Origin: an uncultured bacterium
Lineage (GTDB): Bacteria; Planctomycetota; JAJSAM01; JAJVHW01
Direction: 5' to 3'
Length of the DNA stretch: 64,000 nucleotides
NCBI GenBank assembly: GCA_937996235.1
Contig: CALKVK010000011.1
Coordinates: 49,767 to 113,766, forward strand
Shown here in pieces: positions 1 through 9,297 of the stretch. Both the position numbers and the translations under genes were made by a program. How positions within the stretch are numbered: position 1 is the first letter of the stretch; each line of letters starts with the position of its first letter. The notes beneath the pieces are model-generated. The model did no database searches and had not been told where the DNA came from. It worked only from the letters and a program-made list of their open reading frames with translations.

Positions 1-77
1 AGGTACACCGTGCCCATCCCGCCCGCGCCGAGCTCGCGCGCGATCACGTACGGTCCGACGGCCGCCCCGGGCTGCAT
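1..77 (-). CDS. Ser/Thr protein kinase, N-terminal fragment (gene continues beyond the window start)
   Basis: Reverse-strand translation from ATG (complement of 75-77) gives MQPGAAVGPYVIARELGAGGMGTVY. LGAGGMGTVY is a kinase glycine-rich loop (GxGxxG). Only 25 codons are visible. Confidence 0.45.
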   Translation of the reverse strand, partial: MQPGAAVGPYVIARELGAGGMGTVY

Positions 78-272
78 GGCGCGACACCGTAGCGGCTCGC
101 GACGCCGCGCGCACCCGCGCTCCGCGGCGCCGGGGCCGCCCTCTCGCGTCCTGCCGCGGCCGGGCCCGGGCGAGGCCGGCACGGCCTGCGAGCGCGGATT
201 TCCGCGCCGCGCAGGTAAGACCGCGCCGACCGGGGCGACCAACGGCGCGAGTCCAACCGAGAGGAGCTTCCG

Positions 273-827
273 ATGACCCCCCGCATTCCCGTCGCGCCCG
301 ACGCGACCCTCGACGCCGGCACCAAGACCCTGCTCGACCAGGTCGGCCGCGCGCTCGGCATGGTGCCCAACCTGCACAGGACCCTCGCCCACGCGCCGGC
401 CGCGCTGCGCGCCTACCACGACGCGTCGCGCCACCTCGCCGGCGGCTCGCTCACGCCGCAGCTGCGCGAGCAGCTGGCGCTCGCCACCGCCGGCCAGAAC
501 CGCTGCGGCTACTGTGCCTCGGCGCACACCCTGCTCGGGCGCGGCGCCGGCATCGCCGACGCCGAGCTTGCGCGCAACCTGCGCGGCGAGGCCGGCACGC
601 CCTCGAGCGCGGCGGCGCTGCGCTTCGTCAAGGAGCTCCTGCAGCACCGCGGCCGGGTCGACGACGCCGCCCTGCAGCGCATGCGCGAGGCCGGCTTCTC
701 CGACGCGGCGATCCTCGAGGTCGTCGCGCACGTCGCGCTGAACGTGTTCACGAACTTCGTCAACAACGTCGCCGACACCGCCGTGGACTTCCCGGTGGTC
801 GCGATCCCCGAGGACGTCGCGCGCTGA
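273..827 (+). CDS. Carboxymuconolactone decarboxylase / AhpD-like family protein
   Basis: 184-aa ORF with a CGYCASAH motif (CxxC...H) typical of AhpD/CMD-fold proteins. Good G/C third-position bias. Confidence 0.75.
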   Translation: MTPRIPVAPDATLDAGTKTLLDQVGRALGMVPNLHRTLAHAPAALRAYHDASRHLAGGSLTPQLREQLALATAGQNRCGYCASAHTLLGRGAGIADAELARNLRGEAGTPSSAAALRFVKELLQHRGRVDDAALQRMREAGFSDAAILEVVAHVALNVFTNFVNNVADTAVDFPVVAIPEDVAR

Positions 828-1190
828 GCCGCCCCACACGGGTCGCGTCCCGCTGCGACGCACGACGTGCGACACGCCGCGCCGACGCGACCCACCTCGC
901 GGTGCGGACCTCCGCCCGCACGCGCAGGAGCCGCCATGCCCCACGGACATCGAGCGCACACCGATCACGCGACGCGCACGCAGCGTGACGACGAACGCGG
1001 AGTGCGCGCGGCGCAGGGCGCGTGGTTCGGGCCAGGAGCCTGTCCGAGAGACCCGTCGAGGATCGCCTTCGTCCAGGTGCGCCGGGCGTCGTGCCGCGCA
1101 GGCGACGCCGCTGCCAGAGCATCATCGAGCCTGCGAGGTGCGGCGAACGGCATGCCTGGACGAAGCAGCCGCTGCGCAACGGCGAGCGAC

Positions 1191-1724
1191 GTGGCTCGCT
1201 CACCGGTTCCGACGGGTCTCTCGGACAGGCTCCTGGTAGCGGCCGTCGTCCTCGCGACGATGCTCGCCGCCACGGGCTGCGCGTCCGCGCCCGGCGGGCC
1301 GACGCGCGATCCCGCCGACGTCAGCGCAGCGTACGTCGGGGGGAGGAACGTGCCGTCCCACGGAGTCGCGCTCGAGGGCTGGTGCCCCGTCTCCTACCGC
1401 GAGCGCGGCGGGCCGCGCCGCGGCAGCCCGCAGTTCACAGCCGGCCACCTCGGTGCCACGTACTGGTTCTCCTCCGCGGCCGCGAAGGAGGCCTTCCTGC
1501 TCGATCCGGAGCGCTACGTTCCCGCGTTCGGCGGCTGGTGCGCCTACGGCATGGCCGTGCAGGACAAGTTCCCGGTCGATCCGCTGCGCTGGAAGATCGT
1601 CGACGACCGGCTGCTCGTGTTCCTCCGCAACGGCCACGTCGACGCGCTCTCGCTGTGGGACGCGGGCGACGAGCGCGCGCTGCTCGCGCGGGCGGAGGCC
1701 CACTGGCGGCACGTCCGGGACTGA
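1191..1724 (+). CDS. YHS-domain lipoprotein
   Basis: GTG start at 1191 gives MARSPVPTGLSDRLLVAAVVLATMLAATGC, a lipoprotein signal with lipobox LAATGC. The C-terminal half has a YHS-like region (GWCPVSY...WCAYGMA). This is the only coherent frame in the region. Confidence 0.6.
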   Translation: MARSPVPTGLSDRLLVAAVVLATMLAATGCASAPGGPTRDPADVSAAYVGGRNVPSHGVALEGWCPVSYRERGGPRRGSPQFTAGHLGATYWFSSAAAKEAFLLDPERYVPAFGGWCAYGMAVQDKFPVDPLRWKIVDDRLLVFLRNGHVDALSLWDAGDERALLARAEAHWRHVRD

Positions 1725-1728
1725 ACGC

Positions 1729-2364
1729 GTGCCCCCCCATCTCTCCCCGCGGACCGACGCCCAGTGGATCGACGCCCTGCGCGCGGCCGCCGGGCCGGAC
1801 GCCGAGCGGGCCCTGGGCGAGCTCGCGCGGTTCCTCCGAGGTCTGCTCGCGCGCGTGCTGCGCGGCCGCGCCACCGACGACGACCTCGCCGACTTCACGC
1901 AGGAGGCGCTGCTGCAGATCGTCGCGCGGCTCTCCGGGTTCCGCGGCGAGAGCCGCTTCACGACGTGGGCCGGAGCCGTCGCGACCCGTGTCGCGTTCAC
2001 GGAGCTGCGCCGGCGGAGCGTGCGCGAGCGCGGCCGGCAGTCGTTCGAGGAGATCCTCGCCGACGCCCGCGCCGTCGCGGGCCGCGCGCTGCCGTCGGCC
2101 GACGACGTCGCCGCGCGGCGTCGGCTCCTCGCGGCGCTCGAGCAGGCGATCGCGACGGAGCTCACGGAGCGTCAGCGCACGGCGATCCTGGCCGAGCTGC
2201 GCGGCGTGCCGACCGTCGAGATCGCCGCGCGCCTCGACACCAACCAGAACGCGCTCTACAAGCTGGTCCACGACGCGCGTCGCAAGCTGCGGCAGGCGCT
2301 CGAGCGCGCGGGCTACGACGCCGCGTCCGTCCGCGCCGAGCTCGAGGAGGGCGTGTCCGCATGA
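1729..2364 (+). CDS. ECF (sigma-70 family) RNA polymerase sigma factor
   Basis: GTG start 4 nt after the previous stop. Region 2-like DLADFTQEALLQIVARL and region 4-like RQRTAILAELRGVPTVEIAARLDTNQNALYKLVHDARRKLR. Stop overlaps the next gene start (ATGA). Confidence 0.85.
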   Translation: MPPHLSPRTDAQWIDALRAAAGPDAERALGELARFLRGLLARVLRGRATDDDLADFTQEALLQIVARLSGFRGESRFTTWAGAVATRVAFTELRRRSVRERGRQSFEEILADARAVAGRALPSADDVAARRRLLAALEQAIATELTERQRTAILAELRGVPTVEIAARLDTNQNALYKLVHDARRKLRQALERAGYDAASVRAELEEGVSA

Positions 2365-2615
2365 CGATCCGCGACGACGAACTCCGGCGGCTCCTCGAGC
2401 TCGTCCTGCAGACGTCCGAGCGCGAGCTCGACTGCGACGAGTTCCTCGAACGCGCCGCGGCGTATCTCGACCGCGCCGCCGCGAGCGCCGACACGCCGCT
2501 CTTCGCGGACGTGCGCGCGCACCTCGCGGTCTGCCCGGAGTGCCTCGAGGAGTTCGAGGCCCTGCTCGCGGCGCGCGGCGGCGCTCGCTCCGACGAGTCG
2601 GCGAGCGGCGCGTAA
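2361..2615 (+). CDS. Putative zinc-binding (ZAS-type) anti-sigma factor
   Basis: 84 aa, translationally coupled to the ECF sigma gene (ATGA overlap). Contains H-x3-C-x2-C (HLAVCPEC) as in ZAS anti-sigma factors. Confidence 0.6.
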   Translation: MTIRDDELRRLLELVLQTSERELDCDEFLERAAAYLDRAAASADTPLFADVRAHLAVCPECLEEFEALLAARGGARSDESASGA

Positions 2616-2673
2616 GACCCGCGCCGCCGGCGCGACCAACGTGACGTCCCCTCGAACACGAAGGAGAGTCACG

Positions 2674-3312
2674 ATGAGGAAGTTCGTTCTCACGATCCCG
2701 GCGGCCGCCGCGGCCGCGCTCGCGCTGGCGGCGCTCGCGGCGCCCTCCGACGCCCAGGAGATGGGCGCCAGGCCCCAGGCGGCGCCGGCCGCCGCCACGT
2801 CACCGGCGCTCTTCGACGACGCGGGCGCGCTCGTCCGCCCGCGCACGTACCGGCGCTGGGTCTTCGTCGGCGCCCCGCTCACGCCGAACGACATGAACGA
2901 CGGGCACGCGGCCTTCCCGGAGTTCCACTCGGTCTACGTGGATCCCGCGTCCTACGACCACTTCAAGCAGAGCGGCACGTGGCGCGACGGGACGGTCGTC
3001 CTGAAGGAGCTCGTGTCGGTCGGGACGAAGGCGTCGTCGAGCGGCAAGGGCTACTTCATGGGCGAGTTCCTCGGACTCGAGGCCGCCGTGAAGAGCCGCC
3101 GGCGCTTCCCCGACGCGCCCGGCAACTGGGGCTTCTTCCGCTTCACCGACGAGCACGGCGGCGCCGTGCACGAGAAGGCGACGGCGCTCCCGCAGTCGGC
3201 GTGCGCCGCGTGCCACCAGGCCTCCGCGAACGACGACCTGATCTTCACGCAGCACTACCCGGTGCTGCGTGCAGCGAAGGCGTTCGGCGAAGGCGATCCC
3301 GAGAACCGCTGA
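2674..3312 (+). CDS. Cytochrome P460 family protein (periplasmic)
   Basis: ATG at 2674 gives MRKFVLTIPAAAAAALALAALAAPSDAQE, a signal peptide. C-terminal CAACH heme motif. Size and overall pattern match the cytochrome P460 family. Confidence 0.7.
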   Translation: MRKFVLTIPAAAAAALALAALAAPSDAQEMGARPQAAPAAATSPALFDDAGALVRPRTYRRWVFVGAPLTPNDMNDGHAAFPEFHSVYVDPASYDHFKQSGTWRDGTVVLKELVSVGTKASSSGKGYFMGEFLGLEAAVKSRRRFPDAPGNWGFFRFTDEHGGAVHEKATALPQSACAACHQASANDDLIFTQHYPVLRAAKAFGEGDPENR

Positions 3313-3361
3313 ACAGGGGCGGCGGGGCGGGCGCCCACGCGCCCGCCCCGTCGAGCACCAG

Positions 3362-4177
3362 ATGAACGTCCTCGAACGCCTCTCGCACGGCGCCCTCGAC
3401 GCGCGCCACCTCCACGCTGCGACGGTGCACATCCCGGTGACGCTGGCGCTCCTCGCCGCGCCGGCCGCTCTGTGGCTCGCCGTCACCCGGCCCCGGCGCG
3501 ACCGCGTGCTGCGGCGCGCGCTCGTCGTCGCGTACGCGGCGCTCGGCGTGTCCGCCGCACTCGCCGCCACCTGGGGCGGCGGCGCGCGTGCGCTCATGGG
3601 CACCGTCTCGGCCGACGCGCGCGACCTGGTCGCGCTCCACGCGCGGCTGGGCCGCGGCGTCGCCTGGATCGCGCTCGCCGCCGGCACCGCGGCGGCGCTC
3701 GCCTCGTCGCGCCGCCCGGGCCTCGCCGCCGCAGCCCGTGTCGCGACGGCCGCTCTCGCACTCGCGGCCGCCGGCTGGGTGTCCCTGACGGCGCACCTCG
3801 GCGGCACCGCGCTCTACGACCACGGCGTCGGCGCGCCGCGCCCATCCCTCCCGGAGCGCGCGCCGGCCGATCCTCGCGCCGCGCACTTCGCCGCGACCGT
3901 CCGGCCGCTGCTCGAGCGCCGCTGCACCGGCTGCCACGGTCCGGCGCCGCACGCAGCCGGAGGCCTCGATCTCACGTCCGCGGAGGGGCTCCTGCGCGGC
4001 GGCGCGCGAGGCCCGTCGGTCGTGCCCGGAGACGCACCCGCGAGCCGCCTCCTGCGCGTGCTCACGGGCGCAGGCGGCGAGCCGCGCATGCCGCAGGGCG
4101 GCCCCCCGCTGTCGGCCGCCGAGATCGACGCCATCCGCGACTGGATCGACGCCGGCGCGGTCTGGCCGGAGCGCTGA
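3362..4177 (+). CDS. Membrane protein with C-terminal c-type cytochrome domain (PSCyt1-like)
   Basis: Several hydrophobic helices, then CTGCHGP (CxxCH) and a C-terminus like planctomycete-type cytochrome c domains (LDLTSAEGLLRGG...MPQGGPPLSAAEIDAIRDWI). Start chosen at the internal ATG 3362 because the upstream part of the ORF is Arg-rich junk. Confidence 0.55.
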   Translation: MNVLERLSHGALDARHLHAATVHIPVTLALLAAPAALWLAVTRPRRDRVLRRALVVAYAALGVSAALAATWGGGARALMGTVSADARDLVALHARLGRGVAWIALAAGTAAALASSRRPGLAAAARVATAALALAAAGWVSLTAHLGGTALYDHGVGAPRPSLPERAPADPRAAHFAATVRPLLERRCTGCHGPAPHAAGGLDLTSAEGLLRGGARGPSVVPGDAPASRLLRVLTGAGGEPRMPQGGPPLSAAEIDAIRDWIDAGAVWPER

Positions 4178-4435
4178 CCCGAGGGAGGGCGCGGGGTGCG
4201 CGGGCGCGTGACCCCAACTCCGCCCCGATCTCGACTCGACTGCGAACGCGCACAGCGACCTCGGAGCCGCAGGCGCAGAGACCCGCGGTGCGGGCCCGGA
4301 ACGCATGTGCAGAGCGGTGGGGAGTCCCCCCAGCCGGACCGTCCGCCGGGAGCGGCCGCTGCAACGGCGCGCGAGGACACACGCTCGCACGCCTCGGCGG
4401 CACCGCACCGGCCTCGGTGCGGACAGCTCAGCATC

Positions 4436-4470
4436 TTGACAGCACACATAAGAGACATCAAGATGCCTCC
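4436..4470 (+). promoter_or_regulatory. Candidate promoter for vapBC (TTGACA-N17-CAAGAT), nearly leaderless
   Basis: TTGACA at 4436-4441, a 17-nt AT-containing spacer, CAAGAT at 4459-4464, then ATG at 4471. This is an unusually AT-rich patch in a high-GC region. Confidence 0.25.
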
Positions 4471-4728
4471 ATGCGCACGACCCTCACCCTCGAAGACGAC
4501 TTGGCGGAGCGCCTCAAGGAGCGCGCGCGTGCGCGGCGCGTCAGCTTCAAGGAGGCCGTCAACGACGCGATCCGCCGCGGCCTGAGCGCGCCCGACGGCG
4601 TGGCGGAGTCCGCTCCGCCGTACCGTGTGGAGACCTTCCGCAGCGCGCTCCAGCCGGGCGTGGACCCGCTGCGCCTGAACCAGCTCCTCGACGACCTCGA
4701 CGTGCGCCGCTTCGGACGGACCGAGTGA
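4471..4728 (+). CDS. vapB: VapB-type antitoxin (ribbon-helix-helix)
   Basis: 85 aa, MRTTLTLEDDLAERLKERARARRVSFKEAVNDAIRRGL. Stop overlaps the downstream PIN gene start (GTGA). Confidence 0.7.
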   Translation: MRTTLTLEDDLAERLKERARARRVSFKEAVNDAIRRGLSAPDGVAESAPPYRVETFRSALQPGVDPLRLNQLLDDLDVRRFGRTE

Positions 4729-5153
4729 TCCTCCCCGACGTCAACCTGCTGATCTTCGCGCACGCGGCGGATGCGCCCCACCACGCCGCCGCACGCGCGT
4801 GGTGGGAGCGCGTGCTCAACTCCACCGACCGCGTCGGCATCCCGTGGGCCGTCGCGTTCGGCTTCGTCCGCCTCACGACCCACCCCGCCGTCATGCGCGA
4901 GCCGCTCGCGCCGACCGACGCGCTCGACCGCGTCGAGGGCTGGCTCGCGCGCCCGAACGTGACCGTCCTCGAGCCCGGCCCCCGCCACCTCGCGATCGTA
5001 CGCAGCCTCTTCGCCGCCACCGGCGTCGCCGCCTCCCTCACCACCGACACCCACCTCGCCGCCCTCGCCATCGAGCACCGCGCCGAGCTCCACTCGAACG
5101 ACCGCGACTTCGAGCGCTTCCCGGGCCTGCGACTGCACGACCCGCTGCGGTAG
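4725..5153 (+). CDS. vapC: VapC-type PIN-domain toxin
   Basis: 142 aa, starts MILPDVNLLIFAHA (conserved Asp near the N-terminus), with an acidic residue pattern typical of PIN RNases. Coupled to the upstream antitoxin. Confidence 0.8.
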   Translation: MILPDVNLLIFAHAADAPHHAAARAWWERVLNSTDRVGIPWAVAFGFVRLTTHPAVMREPLAPTDALDRVEGWLARPNVTVLEPGPRHLAIVRSLFAATGVAASLTTDTHLAALAIEHRAELHSNDRDFERFPGLRLHDPLR

Positions 5154-5290
5154 GCGTCGCCGCGGCGCCACCGCCGTGCGCCGCACCGTCCGCGCGCGAC
5201 ATGCGGCGTGCGGCAACAAGCAAGGCGGCGACGCTTCCCCGACGACGTACCCTGCCGCATCCACCGAGTCCGCAGGGAGCTCCCGACCCG

Positions 5291-6544
5291 ATGCAGCGCG
5301 CGTCCTTCCTGTCCGACGACTGCCCGCCGATGGGCATCTACGAGACCCTCTACGCCTTCCGGGACGCCTTCGGCAGCTTCATGGGCACCCCGGGCACGCA
5401 CCCCTGGTCGCAGGGCTTCCCCCTGACCACGCAGCTCGAGGGCGGGCCGCCGCTCCCGGGCAGCGTCGAGGTCACCGCGGCGGACCGCCTCTACCCCAAG
5501 GCGTGGGGACTCCCCGATCTGCGCGAGGCGATCGCCGGCCACTACAACTCGTTCTACGGCTCGCGCATCGCGCCCGAGAACGTGATGGTGTTCGCCGGCG
5601 GCCGCCCCGGCATCTACACGGTCCTCGCGTTCCTGAAGAAGCACGTCGAGGTGCGGATCGGCAACGCCGAGTGGCCGGCCTACCTCGACATCCTGACGCA
5701 GACCGGGACGAGCTTCCGCGTCGTGCCGTTCACCGAGGAGAACGGCTTCCATCCGCCCAACTCCGCGTACTTCGACCGCGCCGGCCTGAACCACAAGACG
5801 CACGTCTTCCCGGTCATCTCCAACCCCGGGAACCCGACGGGGCACACGCGCGCGGGAGCCGAGCTGGAAGAGCTGATGGCGCTGGCCGAGCAGCCGGGCA
5901 ACGGCATCCTGCTCGACGAGGCGTACGAGATGTTCCACCCCTCGAAGGGCGTCAGCGGCATCCGCTACGTGAAGGATCTCGACGAGAGCAACGTCTTCCT
6001 CTCGGGCGCGTGCACGAAGGGGCTGCAGTGCCCCGGCATCCGCATCGGCTGGATGATCGCGAGCCGCAAGAACGTCGAGACGCTCTCCAACTACTCGAGC
6101 TTCGGCATGGGCGGCGTCAGCCATCCCTCGCAGCGCTACGCGGTCGAACTCCTGCGGCCGGACCGTGTCGCTCAGGCCCGCGTCGCCGTCGAGCGTCACT
6201 ACGGCATGCAGCGCGCCCGCTACGGCGAGGCGTTCGCGCGCATGGGCCTCGGCGTCTTCACCGGCGACGGCGGCTTCTACCACTGGCTGAAGCTCCCCGA
6301 CGGCCTGAACGCCCACGACCTGAACCGCCGCCTCTTCCGCCACGGCGCCGCCATCCTCGAGGGCAAGGACTGCGACATGGCCCGCCCCCACGCCAAGGAC
6401 CCCGCCTACGTCTCCCCCTACGCCAACTGGTTCCGCTTCTCCTTCGGCCCCCTCCTGCCGGAGACGTTCGAGTCCGACATCGCCCTCTTCCGCCGCGTCC
6501 TCGACGAGTACCGCGCGGACGTCGCCGGGCGCTCGGCGGGGTAG
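5291..6544 (+). CDS. Class I/II PLP-dependent aminotransferase
   Basis: 417 aa from ATG 5291, with the fold-type I aminotransferase pattern (...VISNPGNPTG..., ...SGACTKGLQCPGIRIGWM...). Confidence 0.8.
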   Translation: MQRASFLSDDCPPMGIYETLYAFRDAFGSFMGTPGTHPWSQGFPLTTQLEGGPPLPGSVEVTAADRLYPKAWGLPDLREAIAGHYNSFYGSRIAPENVMVFAGGRPGIYTVLAFLKKHVEVRIGNAEWPAYLDILTQTGTSFRVVPFTEENGFHPPNSAYFDRAGLNHKTHVFPVISNPGNPTGHTRAGAELEELMALAEQPGNGILLDEAYEMFHPSKGVSGIRYVKDLDESNVFLSGACTKGLQCPGIRIGWMIASRKNVETLSNYSSFGMGGVSHPSQRYAVELLRPDRVAQARVAVERHYGMQRARYGEAFARMGLGVFTGDGGFYHWLKLPDGLNAHDLNRRLFRHGAAILEGKDCDMARPHAKDPAYVSPYANWFRFSFGPLLPETFESDIALFRRVLDEYRADVAGRSAG

Positions 6545-6554
6545 GGACGCGGGC

Positions 6555-6605
6555 GAGGTAGCGACGGCGCCGAGGTAGCGACGGCCGCGCGGTAGCGTCG
6601 GTCCG
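6555..6605. repeat. Three tandem ~17-bp direct repeats (GAGGTAGCGACGGCGCC-like) between the aminotransferase stop and the tRNA
   Basis: gaggtagcgacggcgcc / gaggtagcgacggccgc / gcggtagcgtcggtccg, read directly from the sequence. Confidence 0.6.
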
Positions 6606-6761
6606 GCCGCGTCGCGATCCCGCCACGTCCCACGGGGTCGCTCGCGGAGCGTTCCTCCAGGCCCGGCCGACCGCCGCCGACGGGCACCCGCCCCGTCGCT
6701 GGCCCCCATCCCCGCGCGACCGTACCCTCGACGCCGTTCGAACGCAGCGTTCGCAGACGGT

Positions 6762-6838
6762 GGGCCCGTAGCTCAGTCGGTCAGAGCAGGGGACTCATAA
6801 TCCCTTGGTCCCAGGTTCGAGTCCTGGCGGGCCTACCA
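6762..6838 (+). tRNA. tRNA with CAU anticodon (elongator tRNA-Met, or tRNA-Ile2 if lysidinylated), CCA encoded
   Basis: GGGCCCGTAGCTCAGTCGGTCAGAGCAGGGGACTCATAATCCCTTGGTCCCAGGTTCGAGTCCTGGCGGGCCTACCA. Cloverleaf fits: 7-bp acceptor stem with G1:U72, D-arm GCTCAGTCGGTCAGAGC, anticodon loop CTCATAA, T-arm CCAGGTTCGAGTCCTGG. No C1xA72 initiator signature. Confidence 0.85.
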
Positions 6839-7078
6839 GCGCAGACCGAGCCGGGCGGGCCAGGTTGCGCGACGTCGCCCCGCCGCCCGGCCGAACCCGA
6901 ACGGGCCCGGCGTGTCCAAATGTGTCCACTTCGTGCCCACGGGGCACCTGCACCTCGGTCGGGGCCTGCGCAAGCGGAACGGTTCTCGCCCGCGACCCTG
7001 CGCGTGGCGACCATCGCGCTCAGGTCTGCAGCCTGCATCCCGCACGTCGGGGTACGACTCTGCAGCCCCCCGGAGCGC

Positions 7079-8002
7079 ATGATGTCGAAGACCGAGAACG
7101 GCAGGGTCGCGGACGAACTGATCGCCTGGCTGGACGAACACCTCGTCGGGTTCCGGGTGGAACGATCCGGGCTCACGCTTCGCGAACGCGTGCTTCGTCT
7201 CGTGGAACTTCGCTCCAAGGTGCAAGAGCTGGGCATCGCCGCCGTGGCCGAGGGGGGCATCTGCGAGCGCGCCGCGCAGTCCCGGATGCGGCAGTACCTG
7301 ATCGCGCACTACGGCATCCCGATCGGGCACGCCGAGCTTGCGGTGGTCGCGGGCATCAGCGCGTTCGCCCGTCGCATCCGTCAGCTTCGCACTGAGGAGG
7401 GCTACCGGATCGTGACAGGGAAGGTGACGGATCCCTTCGCCGGCATCGAGATGCGCCGCGACGAGTACATGCTGATCGCTCCGGAGCCCGACCTCGACGC
7501 GGCGCGGCGGTGGCACGTAGCGAACCGCATCCGCCGCATGCCCGGCAGCGGCCCCAGCCGCATGCTCGCGTTCCTGAGGGAGAACGTCGGGCGCGCGGTA
7601 ACGACCGACGAACTGGGCTACGTGGCGAAGGAGGGGTCCGCCTTCACCCGACGGGTTCGCGAGCTCCGCACACAGGGGGGCTACGCCATCGCGACGCGGT
7701 TCACGGGGCGGCCTGACCTCCCTTCCGGCGTCTACGTCCTCGAGTCGCTCGAACCCGTAGTGCCACCGCATGATCGGGCTATCCCCGCACCGACCCTGCG
7801 GGCCGTCTGGGACCGCGACGGCAGCCGCTGTACCCGCTGCGGCTGGGAGCCGGCACTCGCGACGCGGGCGGACCCGCGCTTCTTGGAGGTCCACCATCTC
7901 ACGCCACACGAGGAAGGCGGCCCGAACGAGCTCGAGAACCTGGCCGTGCTGTGCAACCGGTGCCACGACGTGGTTCACGCAGATCGAGGCGATGCTGGGT
8001 AG
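7079..8002 (+). CDS. HNH endonuclease with two tandem winged-helix-like modules
   Basis: C-terminal HNH motif CTRCGW...EVHHLTPHEEGGPNELENLAVLCNRCHDVVH. Two internal repeats around FARRIRQLRTEEGYRI and FTRRVRELRTQGGYAI. Start set at the ATGATG at 7079/7082 because the upstream part of the ORF is Pro/Arg junk. Confidence 0.7.
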   Translation: MMSKTENGRVADELIAWLDEHLVGFRVERSGLTLRERVLRLVELRSKVQELGIAAVAEGGICERAAQSRMRQYLIAHYGIPIGHAELAVVAGISAFARRIRQLRTEEGYRIVTGKVTDPFAGIEMRRDEYMLIAPEPDLDAARRWHVANRIRRMPGSGPSRMLAFLRENVGRAVTTDELGYVAKEGSAFTRRVRELRTQGGYAIATRFTGRPDLPSGVYVLESLEPVVPPHDRAIPAPTLRAVWDRDGSRCTRCGWEPALATRADPRFLEVHHLTPHEEGGPNELENLAVLCNRCHDVVHADRGDAG

Positions 8003-8075
8003 GCGCGTCCCTGTCGGTCGCTGGAGCTAGAGTCAGACGTCTGCGCCCGCTGCACTGACCGGCGGCGCTCCTGAA

Positions 8076-9257
8076 ATGCACACGCCTCAAGCCACGACAA
8101 CTCGAAGGAGGGCGGCGCCGTCGCCACGGCGTCGCTCGATCTCCTCGTCCGACGGCGACTCGGGCGCCCAAGGGCAGTTCCGCGTCATCGACCTCTTCTG
8201 CGGCGCGGGCGGAATGACGCGCGGCTTCGTGGACACGGGCGCCTTCAGGACGGTCTGGGCCAACGACAACAACATCGCCGCGGCGAACACGTACAACGAG
8301 AACTTCGGTGCCCACTGCGTGCCCGGGGACATCGTGGGCATCCTCGCCGCCCCGGACTTCCGCGTCCCGAGGGCGGACGTCGTCATCGGCGGGCCACCGT
8401 GCCAGGGCTTCAGTCTTCTCAACAAGAACCGAGACGGGGATCCCCGCAAGCAACTCTGGCGTCCCTACCTCGACGTAGTGGAGCGGTCCGGCGCTCTCGC
8501 GTTCGTGATGGAGAACGTCCCGCAGCTCCTCGGCTCCGACGAGTTCGCGGAGATCGAGGCGGAGGCGCGGCGACTCGGGTTCACGCTCAAGTCCGTGAAG
8601 CTCTGCGCAGCCGATTTCGGGGTGCCGCAGACGAGATGGAGAGCGATGATCCTCGGCCTCCGAGGCGCGTCCCCCGAGGGCTTCTTCCCTCCTCTCAAGA
8701 CCCACTTCAACCCGAACAACGGCGCGAAGTCGAAGGGCGGCTACGCCGCTGACGCACGCCCGTGGCGGACTGTCCGCGACGCGATCGAGGATCTCCCCCC
8801 ACCCGCCGGCACCGAGATCCGAGACGTGGCGCCGCCCGAGAACCTGCACTTCGGCCGCCAGCCGACCCCCGTCAGCCTCCGCCGCTACAAGGCGGTGCCG
8901 GAAGAGGGCATGAATCGCTTCGACCTGCAGCGCCGCGCTCCGGAACTGACCCCCGGGTGCTGGATCCGCAAGAAGTCGGGCGGGACGGACCTGTTCGGCC
9001 GCCTGTGGTGGGACCGTCCCGCGTTCACGATCCGCACCGAGTTCTTCAAGCCGGAGAAGGGGCGCTACCTGCACCCGGTGCAACACCGCCCGATCACCCA
9101 CCGTGAAGCCGCCCGCCTCCAGAGCTTCCCGGACAACTTCGTCTTCACCGGGACGAAGATCGAGGTCGCCAAGCAGATCGGCAACGCCGTGCCGCCCCTG
9201 CTGGGTCGCCGCGTCGCGGAGTGCGTGGTCGCGGCCCTGGTGTCGACCCGGCGCTGA
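8076..9257 (+). CDS. DNA (cytosine-5)-methyltransferase
   Basis: Motif I FCGAGGM, motif IV GGPPCQGFS, motif VI ENV (FVMENVPQL), and C-terminal QIGNAVPP. Exact start uncertain because of an Arg/Ser-rich N-terminal extension. Confidence 0.9.
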   Translation: MHTPQATTTRRRAAPSPRRRSISSSDGDSGAQGQFRVIDLFCGAGGMTRGFVDTGAFRTVWANDNNIAAANTYNENFGAHCVPGDIVGILAAPDFRVPRADVVIGGPPCQGFSLLNKNRDGDPRKQLWRPYLDVVERSGALAFVMENVPQLLGSDEFAEIEAEARRLGFTLKSVKLCAADFGVPQTRWRAMILGLRGASPEGFFPPLKTHFNPNNGAKSKGGYAADARPWRTVRDAIEDLPPPAGTEIRDVAPPENLHFGRQPTPVSLRRYKAVPEEGMNRFDLQRRAPELTPGCWIRKKSGGTDLFGRLWWDRPAFTIRTEFFKPEKGRYLHPVQHRPITHREAARLQSFPDNFVFTGTKIEVAKQIGNAVPPLLGRRVAECVVAALVSTRR

Positions 9258-9297
9258 CGTGGCGGATCGCCTCTCCCGGAAGGCTCGCAGTCGTCTG

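Noticed and set aside
6839-7078. Looked for an integrase or recombinase and an attL/attR duplication of the tRNA 3' end flanking the island
   Set aside because: No tyrosine or serine recombinase gene, and no obvious repeat of the tRNA 3' segment near 12.7-14.2 kb. The island call therefore rests on composition and gene content only.
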